The translations under genes and the position numbers were made by a program. Positions 1-10,794 of a DNA stretch of 64,000 bases are shown piece after piece (position 1 is the stretch's first letter; each line of letters begins with the position of its first letter). The notes beneath the pieces are model-generated. The model did no database searches. It had not been told where the DNA came from and saw only the letters and a program-made list of their open reading frames with translations. This DNA comes from Candidatus Omnitrophota bacterium (GTDB taxonomy: Bacteria > Omnitrophota > Omnitrophia > Omnitrophales > Aquincolibacteriaceae): contig JAKLFP010000006.1 in NCBI GenBank assembly GCA_022711115.1, forward strand, positions 19,699-83,698. Direction: 5' to 3'.

Positions 1-2055
1 CAGGCTTGCGGGATGCCTTTTTTTGCCGGAGGCCAATCCGCAGTCCTTTTCCCGCTCGGCATACTGCTTTATATGTTCCCGGAAATATATGCCTGGGACA
101 TTTATATCCTAGTTCAGATTTTAATCGCAGGGATGTTGACTTTTGCTTTTATGCGCTTGCTGGGATATCCTCATGTCCCTTCCATCACAGCCGCAGTCGC
201 CTACATGTTCAGCGGGCCTATCATCACCTGGATGGTCAATGTAGGCATGAACACGTCCATGTTGCTGCCGCTTTTATTTATAACCGCGGAAATCCTTATC
301 CAAAAGCCCGGCTTAAAAACGATTATCTTCTCGGCTTTTGCGGTGGGATGGGTGGTGCTATCGGGACATCCTGAACATATCGCGTTCTCATTTTTGACTG
401 TCTCGCTTTATTTTATGCTGAGAATCATTTTTTTAAAAAATGAAAACGCCGCTCATCACAAATTTAAAACATTCCAAGCCACATTGCTTGCTTTATTGCT
501 CGGATTTTTACTGTCCGCTGTCTTCTTGTTGCCATTTATCGAATACGTCCAAAACAGCTGGACTTCCCATGATGCGTTGACTGGCGTGACGTATGAAGAT
601 GATATCACTCAAGCAATCACAATTTTAGTTCCGTACTTTTTTCAAAAAGAACTCCTCACTTACAGCTATCAAAAATTCTTATGGTACGGCGGCTATCTCG
701 GCATCATGATCTCTCTGATGGCCTGGGTGGGCATTTTAAAGAAAAATTCGAACAAGCATCCTGTGATTTTTGGATGCTTGGCATTTTTTGTGATATCGAA
801 ATGCTACGGAATTTGGCCTGTGAACCTTATCGGTTATTTACCGGTTCTGAACAAATTAAGGTTTGAACTGCATTATACGCAAGACTTCGCTTTTGCAATG
901 GCCGTACTTGCCGGCATCGGTTTGCAAAGATTGTCTGAATCGAAAACTCCCCTTAAGAACTTATTGGTGCCAGTCAGCATCATCGTGCTCATTCTGGTGT
1001 TTTATCTTTCGTATTTTACCCAACCTCAAATATTCCGATCTGTTTCTTATGTTTTCATTTTATTGGTGCTTGTTTTAGCGATCGCCTTTTTTGTACGTGT
1101 TCCCAAGATCCTGGCTTTAAGCATTTTGTTATTGCTCGTCGCTGAACTTTTTTTTCTCATGCCCTCGGCGCGTTCCTTCAAATATCCTGCTTTCCCCAAA
1201 ACGCCTTACATCGAATTCCTCAAAAAACAAACTCCTCGCGGAAGGGCCTTCGGTTTGGAACGGACATTTTTTCCCAATACGGCAACAGCCTTCGGCGTCG
1301 ATGATCTCGGCATCTATGAAGGGCTGATTCCTCAGCGGTTTGTGCGTTATGTCAATGAATTCATCAGCCCCGGCCGGTTTCGAACAGAGGAACTGCCCAC
1401 CTTGCGAATTTGGCTGGAAGATTTTGCCAATCCTTTTTTGGATTTGGCAAACCTGCGATTTTTAATTGCACCGGCAGAACCGATTGCCCCCAAAAAACTG
1501 GACCCCAAGGAGAAAAAGCTGATTTATTCTCACGAGGTGAATATTTACGAGCGCCTCACGGCTTTTCCGCGGGCGTTTATCGTTCCTAAAGCTTTATTTG
1601 CCACCGATCAAAATGAAACGATAAGTTTATTGAAGTCCCACCGCAGAAACTTGAGAGAGATTGCTATCATGGAAGGGCCCGAAGATCCTTTGATTCAAAA
1701 AGCCCTCACGCCGGTTTCGGGCAAGATCAACTCGTCTGCCGAAATCCAACAGTATGATGCGAACTACGTTAAAATCAGGGCAACGTCCGATCATCCCGGC
1801 TTTTTGATCCTTTCAGATACTTATTTCCCGGGATGGAAAGCGACGGTGGACGGAAAAAAAGCAAAAATTTATATTGCGGATTTGATGTTCCGTGGTGTTT
1901 TTATCGAAAAAGGAAGCCACATTATTGAATTTCACTATCGTCCCCTCAGCTTTATCGTCGGCGCCATCCTGAGCCTATTGACTTTTTTGGGGTTGGTCTT
2001 GACGTTCCTCAATTCCTGTAAAACTAAACGGTTAGTAACGGCTGGAGGCGGGTAA
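1..2055 (+). CDS. YfhO-family polytopic membrane protein (putative glycosyltransferase), 5'-truncated by window edge
   Basis: The ORF 13..2055 frame is open back to base 1. The protein has many hydrophobic helices. The C-terminal region FLILSDTYFPGWKATVDGKKAKIYIADLMFRGVFIEKGSHIIEFHYRP is characteristic of the YfhO family. Confidence 0.75.
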   Translation, partial: QACGMPFFAGGQSAVLFPLGILLYMFPEIYAWDIYILVQILIAGMLTFAFMRLLGYPHVPSITAAVAYMFSGPIITWMVNVGMNTSMLLPLLFITAEILIQKPGLKTIIFSAFAVGWVVLSGHPEHIAFSFLTVSLYFMLRIIFLKNENAAHHKFKTFQATLLALLLGFLLSAVFLLPFIEYVQNSWTSHDALTGVTYEDDITQAITILVPYFFQKELLTYSYQKFLWYGGYLGIMISLMAWVGILKKNSNKHPVIFGCLAFFVISKCYGIWPVNLIGYLPVLNKLRFELHYTQDFAFAMAVLAGIGLQRLSESKTPLKNLLVPVSIIVLILVFYLSYFTQPQIFRSVSYVFILLVLVLAIAFFVRVPKILALSILLLLVAELFFLMPSARSFKYPAFPKTPYIEFLKKQTPRGRAFGLERTFFPNTATAFGVDDLGIYEGLIPQRFVRYVNEFISPGRFRTEELPTLRIWLEDFANPFLDLANLRFLIAPAEPIAPKKLDPKEKKLIYSHEVNIYERLTAFPRAFIVPKALFATDQNETISLLKSHRRNLREIAIMEGPEDPLIQKALTPVSGKINSSAEIQQYDANYVKIRATSDHPGFLILSDTYFPGWKATVDGKKAKIYIADLMFRGVFIEKGSHIIEFHYRPLSFIVGAILSLLTFLGLVLTFLNSCKTKRLVTAGGG

Positions 2056-2195
2056 AAGAATGATTACCGATTTATTAAAAGAGGAGGAGATTCCGATTTA
2101 GATGGAACCTTTTGTCTGAGAACATCTAGAGGGAGGTTCTTTTGAAGCAAAGAGTTGTGTGCGGCCCTTCTGTTGAAGGGTGTGCCTCGTGGACC

Positions 2196-2393
2196 TTAAA
2201 AACCATGCACGACCTTCACGTTGGATCCCGTAAATTTAAACTGGGTGATATTCCCGGTGTCAGTATCCGTAGCCTTTGTCTCCTGAATAGTCTTGGCACA
2301 TCCTAAAAAAAGCATACCTGCTAACAGAAGCATCATAAAACAGCCTGTGATTTTTTCCATGGATGATTCTTTGGAGTCTCGTTTTTTCATCAA
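2196..2393 (-). CDS. small putative lipoprotein
   Basis: 65 aa with an N-terminal hydrophobic segment ending in a lipobox-like LFLGC. No homolog recognised. Confidence 0.35.
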   Translation of the reverse strand: MMKKRDSKESSMEKITGCFMMLLLAGMLFLGCAKTIQETKATDTDTGNITQFKFTGSNVKVVHGF

Positions 2394-2552
2394 AGTTCAA
2401 TTCGAAAAGTTTTGTTTTATTATACAGCGATGAGTCTCTGTGAAGTATTTAAAATGAATAGCATCGCCTTCTGATTCCTGCAACAACCGGAGAAATTTTA
2501 TAGACAGGATGGCGGGAGTAAATCAAGTTGTTTTGATTTTTTCGGAATTTTT

Positions 2553-4289
2553 TTACGAAAGAATCCGGCGGATTTCGTTTTCATGATCACGAACCTTGTT
2601 CATCTCTTTTTGATCGCGATAAATTTCGATTAATTGCTGGTGTGCCTTACCATCATCGGGATCAATCCGGATCGCTTTTGTGAATTCCTGGATGGCCTCA
2701 TCATCCCGCTTCAAAATCCGGTAAAGAATGCCCAAATTAAAATGAGCCACACCGATTTTTTCATTCAGGCTCACGGCCAGCTGATAGTGTTGTAACGCCT
2801 CTTCAAATTCGCCGCGTTGCATGAGGGCGTTCGCATAATTACAATGGGCATAAAAATTGATCGGATCCACGCGAAAAGCTTCCGCATAACTACGTAAGGC
2901 GTTTTCGCTGGCCCATCCTTCCTTTTCTGTGTAAGCCAACCCGAGATTGTTCCAGGCCTTGCCATTATCCGGCCGCTTCCGGACGGTATCGAGCCAGATC
3001 GACAGATTCGACTGATAATCTTGATTACGACTGAAAGTCAATCCCATGGATCCTAAAATCACGAGGGTTACAAAACCAATAAATATTTTTCTAAGCCTGG
3101 AGTCGGACCATGCCCGGCACCGGCCCGCCCACCCCAACAGCCAGTCCGCAACCAGGAATAAGAAGACCACTACAGCCAGAAGCGGCAGGTACATTCTCTT
3201 TTCCGCCACAACATCGCTGAGCAGCACCACAAAACTTGATGACGGAGACAAAATGATAAAAAACCACGCCCCTAAAAATCCGAGCAAGGGTCGTCGGATG
3301 AGCGCCCAAAGCGTCAGTACCACCAAAGAAAAAAGGATTAAAGCCTGAGGGAGAACTGATTTTAGGCTTAACGCAAACTTCCAACCCGTATAATCCAGCA
3401 CCAGCGGGTACGGCCACACGCTCAACCGAAGGTAATGACACACAACACCTATTTGAGTTTTAAAATAGAGCCAAGGCGTGTAAAAAGGAAAATGAATGTT
3501 TGCGGTCTGACTGCGCGGACCAGACCATTGAAGGAGAATGAGGATGCCCCACGTCAGCACCAATCCTGTGTAAAACCACGGCCGCTTCTTAAAAGGACGT
3601 ACGAAGGATTTTTCGACAAAGCAACGGTCATAGAGATAAATCATCACCGGGCATGTTACCATGACTTCTTTGCTGAGCATTCCCAGCGCACACAAAAAAA
3701 TGGCGATGGTTTGCCAAAGAACCTGCCGCTGGGAACCCAAACTCCGGAGGAACGCATAAAGGGTAGCAAAATAAAAAAACCCCGCCAGAAGCTCTGCGCG
3801 CTGAATAACATAGGTCACGGCATGCGTCTGGAGCGGATGAACAAGCCAAAACATAGCGGCCGTCAGCGAAAAAAGCCACGGACCTATTTTAGATTGCGGG
3901 ATAAATGTCAAACGTAAAAATGTCCGGCGGAGAATGACATACACCAGAAAAGCGGAGCCGATATGCAACATGAGATTCAAAACATGGTAGCTCCACGGAT
4001 TCAAGCCGCTGATCGCATAATTGATCGCAAGGCTAAGACTGGCCAACGGCCGGCCGGCAACGCTCGTATCGGCAGGCGCGGACAATGCACGGGAAAGCGG
4101 CCAGAGATGACGGATATAAATGTTGTTTAGGATGCCGGGCACATCGTCAAAGATAAAAGGACAGTGAAACGTATTGGAATAGGCCGCTAATGCTGCGATA
4201 GTGAGAACCAGTGAAGAGAAAAAATTTTTTCGTGATTGGTTTTTAAGATTCCCATCAAGCATGGGCGGCATCTGTGTTTTCTGTTGCAA
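2553..4289 (-). CDS. TPR-repeat membrane protein with PMT/DUF1736-like N-terminal transmembrane domain
   Basis: About 11 predicted TM helices in the N-terminal 400 aa. The C-terminus has clear TPR repeats (GKAWNNLGLAYTEKEG..., ALQHYQLAVSLNEK..., IQEFTKAIRIDPDDGKAH). Confidence 0.8.
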   Translation of the reverse strand: MQQKTQMPPMLDGNLKNQSRKNFFSSLVLTIAALAAYSNTFHCPFIFDDVPGILNNIYIRHLWPLSRALSAPADTSVAGRPLASLSLAINYAISGLNPWSYHVLNLMLHIGSAFLVYVILRRTFLRLTFIPQSKIGPWLFSLTAAMFWLVHPLQTHAVTYVIQRAELLAGFFYFATLYAFLRSLGSQRQVLWQTIAIFLCALGMLSKEVMVTCPVMIYLYDRCFVEKSFVRPFKKRPWFYTGLVLTWGILILLQWSGPRSQTANIHFPFYTPWLYFKTQIGVVCHYLRLSVWPYPLVLDYTGWKFALSLKSVLPQALILFSLVVLTLWALIRRPLLGFLGAWFFIILSPSSSFVVLLSDVVAEKRMYLPLLAVVVFLFLVADWLLGWAGRCRAWSDSRLRKIFIGFVTLVILGSMGLTFSRNQDYQSNLSIWLDTVRKRPDNGKAWNNLGLAYTEKEGWASENALRSYAEAFRVDPINFYAHCNYANALMQRGEFEEALQHYQLAVSLNEKIGVAHFNLGILYRILKRDDEAIQEFTKAIRIDPDDGKAHQQLIEIYRDQKEMNKVRDHENEIRRILS

Positions 4290-4307
4290 AAGAAAAGAGC
4301 ATTGTGG

Positions 4308-4823
4308 CTACTTGAGCTCTATTCCGCATCCCGGGCAGGATCTTGGAAGTATCAGTTGGTTTGAATAGACCAATCGATACCCGCAATTGGGGCATCGTTT
4401 TGAAAACACAGCAACCCCGACACAGAAAACACCCGAAATTCCCACTGTCATCCATAGATAATTCAAAGAAAACATACTCAGAATAAGCAAACTCCAGGAA
4501 AGCGCTAACAACAAAAGGTTTCTAGGCTGGTCTTTTTTTAAGTTCTTTTTTTCTTCCTCAGACAATACTGTTTTATTTTTAGATTCCAGGACGGGTTCTT
4601 TCGTCATAAGCAAATAAAGCCCCAACGCTCCCAAGAGAACCGCGATGACTGTCACAAACCAAAATCCGTTCCACCCGCCACGCATCACAAAATGAAATTG
4701 GGGCTTGTGAACATCCCCACTCTGAAGCCAAAGAATATTAGCGATCACATTGACTAATGAAACAAGCGCAAAAATACTCCCTAAGATTTTTCTTGCGAGA
4801 TTGGGCTCTTGCAGCTTATGCAT
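4308..4823 (-). CDS. hypothetical membrane protein with C-terminal zinc-ribbon (CPNCG...CPGCG)
   Basis: 171 aa with three hydrophobic helices and a C-terminal CxxC-x15-CxxC motif. Confidence 0.5.
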   Translation of the reverse strand: MHKLQEPNLARKILGSIFALVSLVNVIANILWLQSGDVHKPQFHFVMRGGWNGFWFVTVIAVLLGALGLYLLMTKEPVLESKNKTVLSEEEKKNLKKDQPRNLLLLALSWSLLILSMFSLNYLWMTVGISGVFCVGVAVFSKRCPNCGYRLVYSNQLILPRSCPGCGIELK

Positions 4824-4986
4824 GTTCGCCTCCTATGTTTCTGTTCCTGCGTTGATCGCGGTTCTTGAATGAATGGCGAATCAAAAACCTTTGACCATTA
4901 CGACCATTTTATGTGTCCGGGATGATCCACTCCAAGCATGAATCGGTCTGGAAAATGAATGAAACCCTGTTCTTTTTCCATTTTTT

Positions 4987-5685
4987 TCATCTTTTTAAGG
5001 CTTCCATAATCAAAAAAAGCGGGTACTTGTCTTCCCCCTTCCATTCGACGGTGCGGTTCTCGGCGAGCGGCCTGTGAGAGGCGACGGTGTGAAACCCAGC
5101 CTCCGTTAACATGGCTTGATAATCTTGTGCGGACCAAAAATAATTTTCCACTCTCAAGGGCGCCGATGATTTTAAAATAAGACCTACTTTTTGTCCTGAC
5201 ACCAGATTTTCGATGCGGTCGAATTTATAGGATATAAATTCCCTGCCATTGCAGTCTTCCCAGTTGGCGTTCAGGATGATCAACCGGCCGCTCGGTCTTA
5301 AAACGCGCTGGATGCTTTTCATAATCAACACCGCATCCTCACGCGAAACTATATTGCAGAATACAAACGCGGCAAACGCATGATCTATCGAAGCATCCTC
5401 GATAAAATGAATGCCCCCGCTGTCAATATGACGGTAATTGATCCCCACTGCATCGTCTCTTTGGGCGATATCCAGCATGGGCTGGGATATATCCACAGCG
5501 ATCACGCGTGCGCCTTGATCCCGAAGCCTCCTGGAGACCTTGCCCGTACCGCATCCATAATCGAGAATGGTTTTTCCTTTGAGCGGCTCCAAAATCTCCA
5601 GCGCCCTAGGATATCCGATCAGCCAATCGCTCGTGGCTTCTTTACTGTAAGAATCATACTCCGCCGAAACTTTGTTATAGTCCAT
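4987..5685 (-). CDS. class I SAM-dependent methyltransferase
   Basis: Motif I ILDYGCGTGKVS and post-I acidic motif VIAVDIS. Typical 232-aa size. Confidence 0.85.
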   Translation of the reverse strand: MDYNKVSAEYDSYSKEATSDWLIGYPRALEILEPLKGKTILDYGCGTGKVSRRLRDQGARVIAVDISQPMLDIAQRDDAVGINYRHIDSGGIHFIEDASIDHAFAAFVFCNIVSREDAVLIMKSIQRVLRPSGRLIILNANWEDCNGREFISYKFDRIENLVSGQKVGLILKSSAPLRVENYFWSAQDYQAMLTEAGFHTVASHRPLAENRTVEWKGEDKYPLFLIMEALKR

Positions 5686-5969
5686 AATGCCTCACCGTTC
5701 TTGGATACTCATTTATCGACAACCGCAACTTCTTTTGTAGCCCCTGTAAAGAGCAGCGCGTACACTGACAAAAATTCCTGAAAGCGACATCGACTTCCTC
5801 AATCGGCGCGACAACCATGCTTAAGCAACCGGCATAAGAGTTTGTCTGTCCTAAAAAGCATCAAAGCACCAGAGAGTTTAGAACTGACGATTGAAAAACA
5901 TGAATGAGAAAGTACGAGAGGAAGGTTTCAATACCAGATTCGTCAATACGATTTTTGAGTTGCCGCATC

Positions 5970-6932
5970 CTATAGATCTCCGACAGATTTGTGCCTTAAG
6001 GTCTTTTCAAGCATCAACGGAATGAAGGAGTTTTGGATCGCTGCCGCCATAACCTTATGCCCTTCAGAGTTCGGATGGCCGTCATGCGGGAATATTTCTG
6101 TTTTCAGACCTGTGAGATCAAGAAAAAGAATATGCTCTTTTCTAAAAGTTTCGTAGATGGCCTCCGGAGGCTTGCCGTAGAATAAAATAACGATAAAGGG
6201 GATATTCTTTTCACGACATAATCGATTCATTTCTCTAAGAAGCGCTTGGGTCAATTCTATTTTCTTTCTACTAAATCCTGGAAGATCGCCATCTTCGCCT
6301 TGCGGAAGAGTCACAATGCCCTGAAACTCCGGACGCCCATGCACCACTTCAAAATGCGGATGGCTTCTGCCATATTGAGCAAGAACATGAAGCCATTGTT
6401 TGGTGATGTAATTCCGGTCCACATGATCCCCAAGCATCTGATAGATCACCGCATCCGGGGGTGTCGCACTCTTGAATTCTTGTAATAGAAGCTGATAGGC
6501 ATGCACAGTCCCCCATCCCATAACCGCCTTATTCAAGACCCACCAATCTTGCCACTCTTTGGCCAAAATCGAAGGGTAGACTTCGTCATCTTGAACCCCA
6601 TGCCCAAACGTCCAAGAATCTCCTAAAAAAAGCAGGCGTCCTTTAGGATGTTCGGGTTTGGGGATAAATCGTTCGCCTTCCGGTCCGATATGGTATGTCA
6701 CGGAAAAATCCGAAGTTTGATGTACCCCTTGGGCATTCGGGATATGCGCGTAACCTAACAAAAGGTTATTTTCCCAAATTCCGATCGGATTCATTTTTTG
6801 AGCTGAGTGTGGATGAATAAAATAATAAAAGTACTTTTTGGGATTTTTTTTGATCATGCCATACAGCAAAAAGATTTCAATCACAATGCTGGTTGCAATG
6901 ACGGTCATCATGATAAAAAAAATCTTTTTCAT
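5970..6932 (-). CDS. membrane-anchored SGNH/GDSL hydrolase
   Basis: N-terminal TM helix. GDS block LLFLGDSWTFGHG. C-terminal DGHPN catalytic Asp-x-x-His block. Confidence 0.85.
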   Translation of the reverse strand: MKKIFFIMMTVIATSIVIEIFLLYGMIKKNPKKYFYYFIHPHSAQKMNPIGIWENNLLLGYAHIPNAQGVHQTSDFSVTYHIGPEGERFIPKPEHPKGRLLFLGDSWTFGHGVQDDEVYPSILAKEWQDWWVLNKAVMGWGTVHAYQLLLQEFKSATPPDAVIYQMLGDHVDRNYITKQWLHVLAQYGRSHPHFEVVHGRPEFQGIVTLPQGEDGDLPGFSRKKIELTQALLREMNRLCREKNIPFIVILFYGKPPEAIYETFRKEHILFLDLTGLKTEIFPHDGHPNSEGHKVMAAAIQNSFIPLMLEKTLRHKSVGDL

Positions 6933-7293
6933 TCACGGTCTCCGCATTTTCAATTGAAGGAAAATGCCATGTTAACGCTGGGTCTGAATAATTTGTTATC
7001 AAGCTTCGTTGAAACATGTTACGTCTGAAAAAGAAACGGGACAAATAAAAAAGCCCAGGAACTGAAAATCTTATACCGTTTTATTTTCTCTTTCCCTTTC
7101 AAAGAAATCAAAGACGAGGGCCGCATTGATCATCCTTAAGAAATTTTATCAAAAGTCAGGACAGCTTTCCTCAATCCTTCAGAAAATAAAATTTGAAACA
7201 GGGCCCTGGGCTAATGATTTCAGAAGAGGTAAAAACGATTAGGATTCTAAAGAGGGGCTGTTTCTTAAGCCGGCGTGATATTTAATGTGATTT

Positions 7294-7803
7294 TCAGTCT
7301 TCCGCGGCACGATCCAGCGCGCCAAAGACCAACGGATCAATTTGGGCTACTCGTGCTAAATTTTTTCCAATGAGCAAGGCCGTTTTCTTAAAACTCATCT
7401 GGAGAACATAGGCAAGCTCTCCGACAAGCCCTTTGACCGAATGCTCCAGTTGTTGCCGCTTCCTTTGGTCTCGAGTATTCACTTTATTTTTAGAAAAAGA
7501 AAGAATATTCCGTGCTAATGTCCATGTCTGATCGCTTTGTTCAACCTTATCCTTCCCGGTCCTCAAATAATCCAGGATTTTTTTGGCATCTTTAATAGAA
7601 ATCACCTTATGAAAACCCGACGTTTTCAGATCAGAAGCCGGAACCAAGAAACGGACCTTCATCTTACTCGTCGTTTTTGGGACCAAGGAATAACACAGCA
7701 TAGAATCTCTACGAGAGTTTTGCTTCGTGATCATGTCAACGCGGCATAGTCCGTGGACCGGATGGAACAGAAGATCGTGCCGGATCAGTTTTTTAGATGT
7801 CAT
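7294..7803 (-). CDS. CarD/CdnL-family RNA-polymerase-binding transcription factor
   Basis: 169 aa. The N-terminal block DLLFHPVHGLCRVDMI resembles the CarD_CdnL_TRCF RNAP-interaction domain. Size matches CdnL. Confidence 0.6.
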   Translation of the reverse strand: MTSKKLIRHDLLFHPVHGLCRVDMITKQNSRRDSMLCYSLVPKTTSKMKVRFLVPASDLKTSGFHKVISIKDAKKILDYLRTGKDKVEQSDQTWTLARNILSFSKNKVNTRDQRKRQQLEHSVKGLVGELAYVLQMSFKKTALLIGKNLARVAQIDPLVFGALDRAAED

Positions 7804-8222
7804 AGTATTTTTGTCTGAGGAATAGCCTGGGTTGCCGTTATGTTATCGGAAGAATCGGTGAACGCAGGCCCTTGCAATGTCGGCAGGGCGTGTTTCTGAA
7901 GACGTTTGTTTCTTTTTTCTTCCTGTTTTTTCTTCCTCGCTGCTTCTTTGCAGCGTTTGTTACCACGGAAGTTCTGTCGCATGACGGTCCTTAGCAAGGA
8001 GAGAATCATGTGCTGGTTGGTGATGGTTATGTGAAAAGTGAAGATTGGAAGGTCAAGCAATTGCGTTATTATATCACGCTCCGTCTAAGCCCCCTAGCCA
8101 TTAATTTGGCCCAAAATCTCCCTCGCATGGGGGACTTTCGCAACTGGTTAACGACTACGGGCGAAGTGGATATGCTCAAAACGGCTGTGATAGAGCTATC
8201 GAGGCTTCGAACCATTTATGCT

Positions 8223-9191
8223 TTATAACCAGCCAATATTTTGGGCGGTTAAATCGTCGATCCGCACTCCTTCGAGTGATTTGGCGCTCAGCATGATAGA
8301 CCCTTGAAGGAACTCCTTTCTATAATCTCCCAATTTCGTGTAGAACTCGATATAAAAGTCATCCGCTCCAAAAAGATGCAATATTTCATGCGCATAGGAA
8401 GCGGCTGAATAGAACGTCGAACAAACGCAGTATTCTATAAAATTAATGGGCCGTCCATCTCCAAGCCGCTTAGGAACGGCATAAGATCTGACAGCCTCAT
8501 TAACATGCGCCATTAACATTAAATTTTCGATATGATTTTCTTTGGCACGAGCAACAACCTCCTCCGCAGCGTCTGCCAATATCGCTTCAAATGCATTCCA
8601 TGATCGAAATCGATTTTTATGACAAGGAATTGCATTTAAAAATCTCAAAAAGGGCTCTTGAACAAGGAAGTTATCAAAGACAACTTCCATCTTATAATTT
8701 TGAGCTTGCCCTTCGATCCATTGGGTTGCTTGTTCAACCCTTTGCAAGACCGTGGCAATGCGCTTCTGATCCCATTCATCAGGGGTTCTCTGAATAAAAA
8801 CGTGTCCTAGTAATATCTTCCCTTTTAACAGCTTAGCGCTTCCAACATTAATATCGTCGATGCGAAACGGCTTTAAGAAAGCGACCGCCTTCATTTCTTT
8901 TTCCCATTGCAGCACCATTAGTGACAAAACAAACAACACTAAAAGAATAATGTCATAAGGGTTGAGCGAGGAATGCCATCTGAAGATTCTCAAAAAAAAC
9001 AATATAAGTATCATTCTAATAAAAAAAGAGAGGAGAAAATCCGCGCAAAGGATCAAATCGCGAATCGAATAAAACGGTTTTTTCCCGTGGCGTATAAGCT
9101 TAAAAATGAGTTTTAAGCTAACTTGACGTAAGAAGGGTGCGAGAAGGATGCGCCGAAAAAAACTTACGTTGGCAAGTATATAGGATTTCAT
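8223..9191 (-). CDS. hypothetical membrane protein with HExxH metallopeptidase-like motif
   Basis: Two N-terminal TM helices, then a soluble domain ending in HEILHLFGADDFY. No family assigned. Confidence 0.5.
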   Translation of the reverse strand: MKSYILANVSFFRRILLAPFLRQVSLKLIFKLIRHGKKPFYSIRDLILCADFLLSFFIRMILILFFLRIFRWHSSLNPYDIILLVLFVLSLMVLQWEKEMKAVAFLKPFRIDDINVGSAKLLKGKILLGHVFIQRTPDEWDQKRIATVLQRVEQATQWIEGQAQNYKMEVVFDNFLVQEPFLRFLNAIPCHKNRFRSWNAFEAILADAAEEVVARAKENHIENLMLMAHVNEAVRSYAVPKRLGDGRPINFIEYCVCSTFYSAASYAHEILHLFGADDFYIEFYTKLGDYRKEFLQGSIMLSAKSLEGVRIDDLTAQNIGWL

Positions 9192-9450
9192 AAAAAAAGC
9201 GTTACCCCTCCGTGATCTTCGAACATTTAATCATCGGAAAAGTAACGCCTATCTTTATTTATAAAAACTCCCCGAACTGGTCAGCCCCGGTCCTCATCAA
9301 ACTTAATTGAAGACCGGGACAGTCCTGATTTCCAATTATTTTTTAGATGAGAATCAGGGCAGAAACAAGAACTTTTAAATTGCGAGCCAAGATCAGTTAT
9401 CCATTATTGAAAAGTGTTGAGCCGAGATCAATGGCATACTGAGCTTTACA

Positions 9451-9471
9451 AATGGTATATTGAATAGTATA
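9451..9471 (+). repeat. 21-bp direct repeat copy 1 (AATGGTATATTGAATAGTATA) immediately upstream of fic
   Basis: 20/21 identical to 10559..10579. A degenerate third copy (aatggcatactgagc) lies at 9430..9444. Confidence 0.6.
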
Positions 9472-9513
9472 TTATTAATGACCGCCGGTTCCAACCTGCA
9501 GAGGAGGAAAATA

Positions 9514-10551
9514 ATGAACTCGTTCAAGAGTGACAACCCAGAGCTGCCTTTGAGCTCCGTGTGGCTGATGAATGCTATTTCCGAATACAAAGGCAAGCAG
9601 GAGCTTTATACCAAACAGGCTCCTCAAATCCTTAAAACCCTTACGGAAATGGCTCTGATCGAAAGCGCCGAATCCTCTAACCGGATTGAGGGAGTCACAG
9701 TTGACAAAGACCGCCTGAAACCCCTTGTCATAGGCCATAGCAAGCCCCGGGACCGCTCGGAGGAAGAAGTGGCAGGATATCGCAAAGCTCTTGATCTTAT
9801 TCACATAAAATACGATGGCCTCAAAATAAACGCGAAGATAATCAAGGAACTTCACCATCTGTGCAAAGGGGAATCATGGGATGCGGGAAAGTGGAAAGAA
9901 AAAGATAATGACATTATCCGCAAGCATCCCAGCGGAAGAGTGGAAGTGATTTTTAAACCTGTAAGCGCACAAAAGACACCCGCGGCCATCGATCAATTGT
10001 GCCTTACTTACGAACACAGCATTGACCAGTTAAAATTTCCGTCACTTTATGCCGTCGCCTGTCTTATCTTGGATTTTCTGTGTATCCATCCGTTCCGGGA
10101 CGGGAATGGAAGGGTTTCCCGGCTCCTGACGCTATTGGCCCTTTACCAGCACGGATTTTCTGTAGGCAAATATATCAGCTTTGAACGCATCGTGGAGCAA
10201 TCCAAAGAAACCTACTACGAAACATTGAACAAAAGCTCTCAAGAGTGGCATAAGGGGAAGCATGATATTTTGCCCTGGTTCAATTATTTTCTCGGGACTG
10301 TGGTCAAGGCCTATAAGGAATTTGAAGAAAGAGCGGAGCACACCAGTCCTTCCCGTGGGGCAAAAACAGCCCTTGTTCAAGCAGCTATTGAGCGGCAGTT
10401 CGGCAAGTTCAGTATTTCAGACATTGAAAAGGAATGCCTGAATGTGAGCCGCATCATGATTAAAAAGGTCTTATCCAAGATGCAGACTTCCCAAAAGATA
10501 AAATGTCTCGGCAAGGGGCAAGCCGCCCGTTGGAAGCGATTGGTATCCTAA
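9514..10551 (+). CDS. fic: Fic/DOC family protein (AMPylase-type)
   Basis: Canonical Fic motif HPFRDGNGRVSRLL. ATG at 9514 is preceded by GAGGAGG. The listed ORF start at 9460 is a TTG inside the upstream repeat. Confidence 0.9.
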   Translation: MNSFKSDNPELPLSSVWLMNAISEYKGKQELYTKQAPQILKTLTEMALIESAESSNRIEGVTVDKDRLKPLVIGHSKPRDRSEEEVAGYRKALDLIHIKYDGLKINAKIIKELHHLCKGESWDAGKWKEKDNDIIRKHPSGRVEVIFKPVSAQKTPAAIDQLCLTYEHSIDQLKFPSLYAVACLILDFLCIHPFRDGNGRVSRLLTLLALYQHGFSVGKYISFERIVEQSKETYYETLNKSSQEWHKGKHDILPWFNYFLGTVVKAYKEFEERAEHTSPSRGAKTALVQAAIERQFGKFSISDIEKECLNVSRIMIKKVLSKMQTSQKIKCLGKGQAARWKRLVS

Positions 10552-10558
10552 TTCTAGG

Positions 10559-10579
10559 AATGGTATATTGAATAGCATA
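10559..10579 (+). repeat. 21-bp direct repeat copy 2 (AATGGTATATTGAATAGCATA) immediately downstream of fic
   Basis: Direct repeat of 9451..9471. A partial copy, tggtatcctaattc, overlaps the fic stop codon. Confidence 0.6.
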
Positions 10580-10794
10580 CCTACATTTCTTATTTAAAAG
10601 CTCATAAAATCAAAAACGAGAACCCCATTTTCTGAAGTTCTCGTTTTTGCATAGAAGACTCCCCCGCCTGCCCTAAAAGCTATAAAACTTCTAATGAAAT
10701 TAGGACTGGCGTTGGAAAACCTTCTATAAAAAATGGCAGCAGGGACGGGGCCAACATTGAGCCCCGCCGCTGCAGTCATTTTTCACAGGAAAAA

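Noticed and set aside
9460-9513. N-terminal 18-codon extension of fic from a TTG start
   Set aside because: The extension lies within the upstream direct repeat. An ATG with a perfect GAGGAGG Shine-Dalgarno at 9514 is a far better start.
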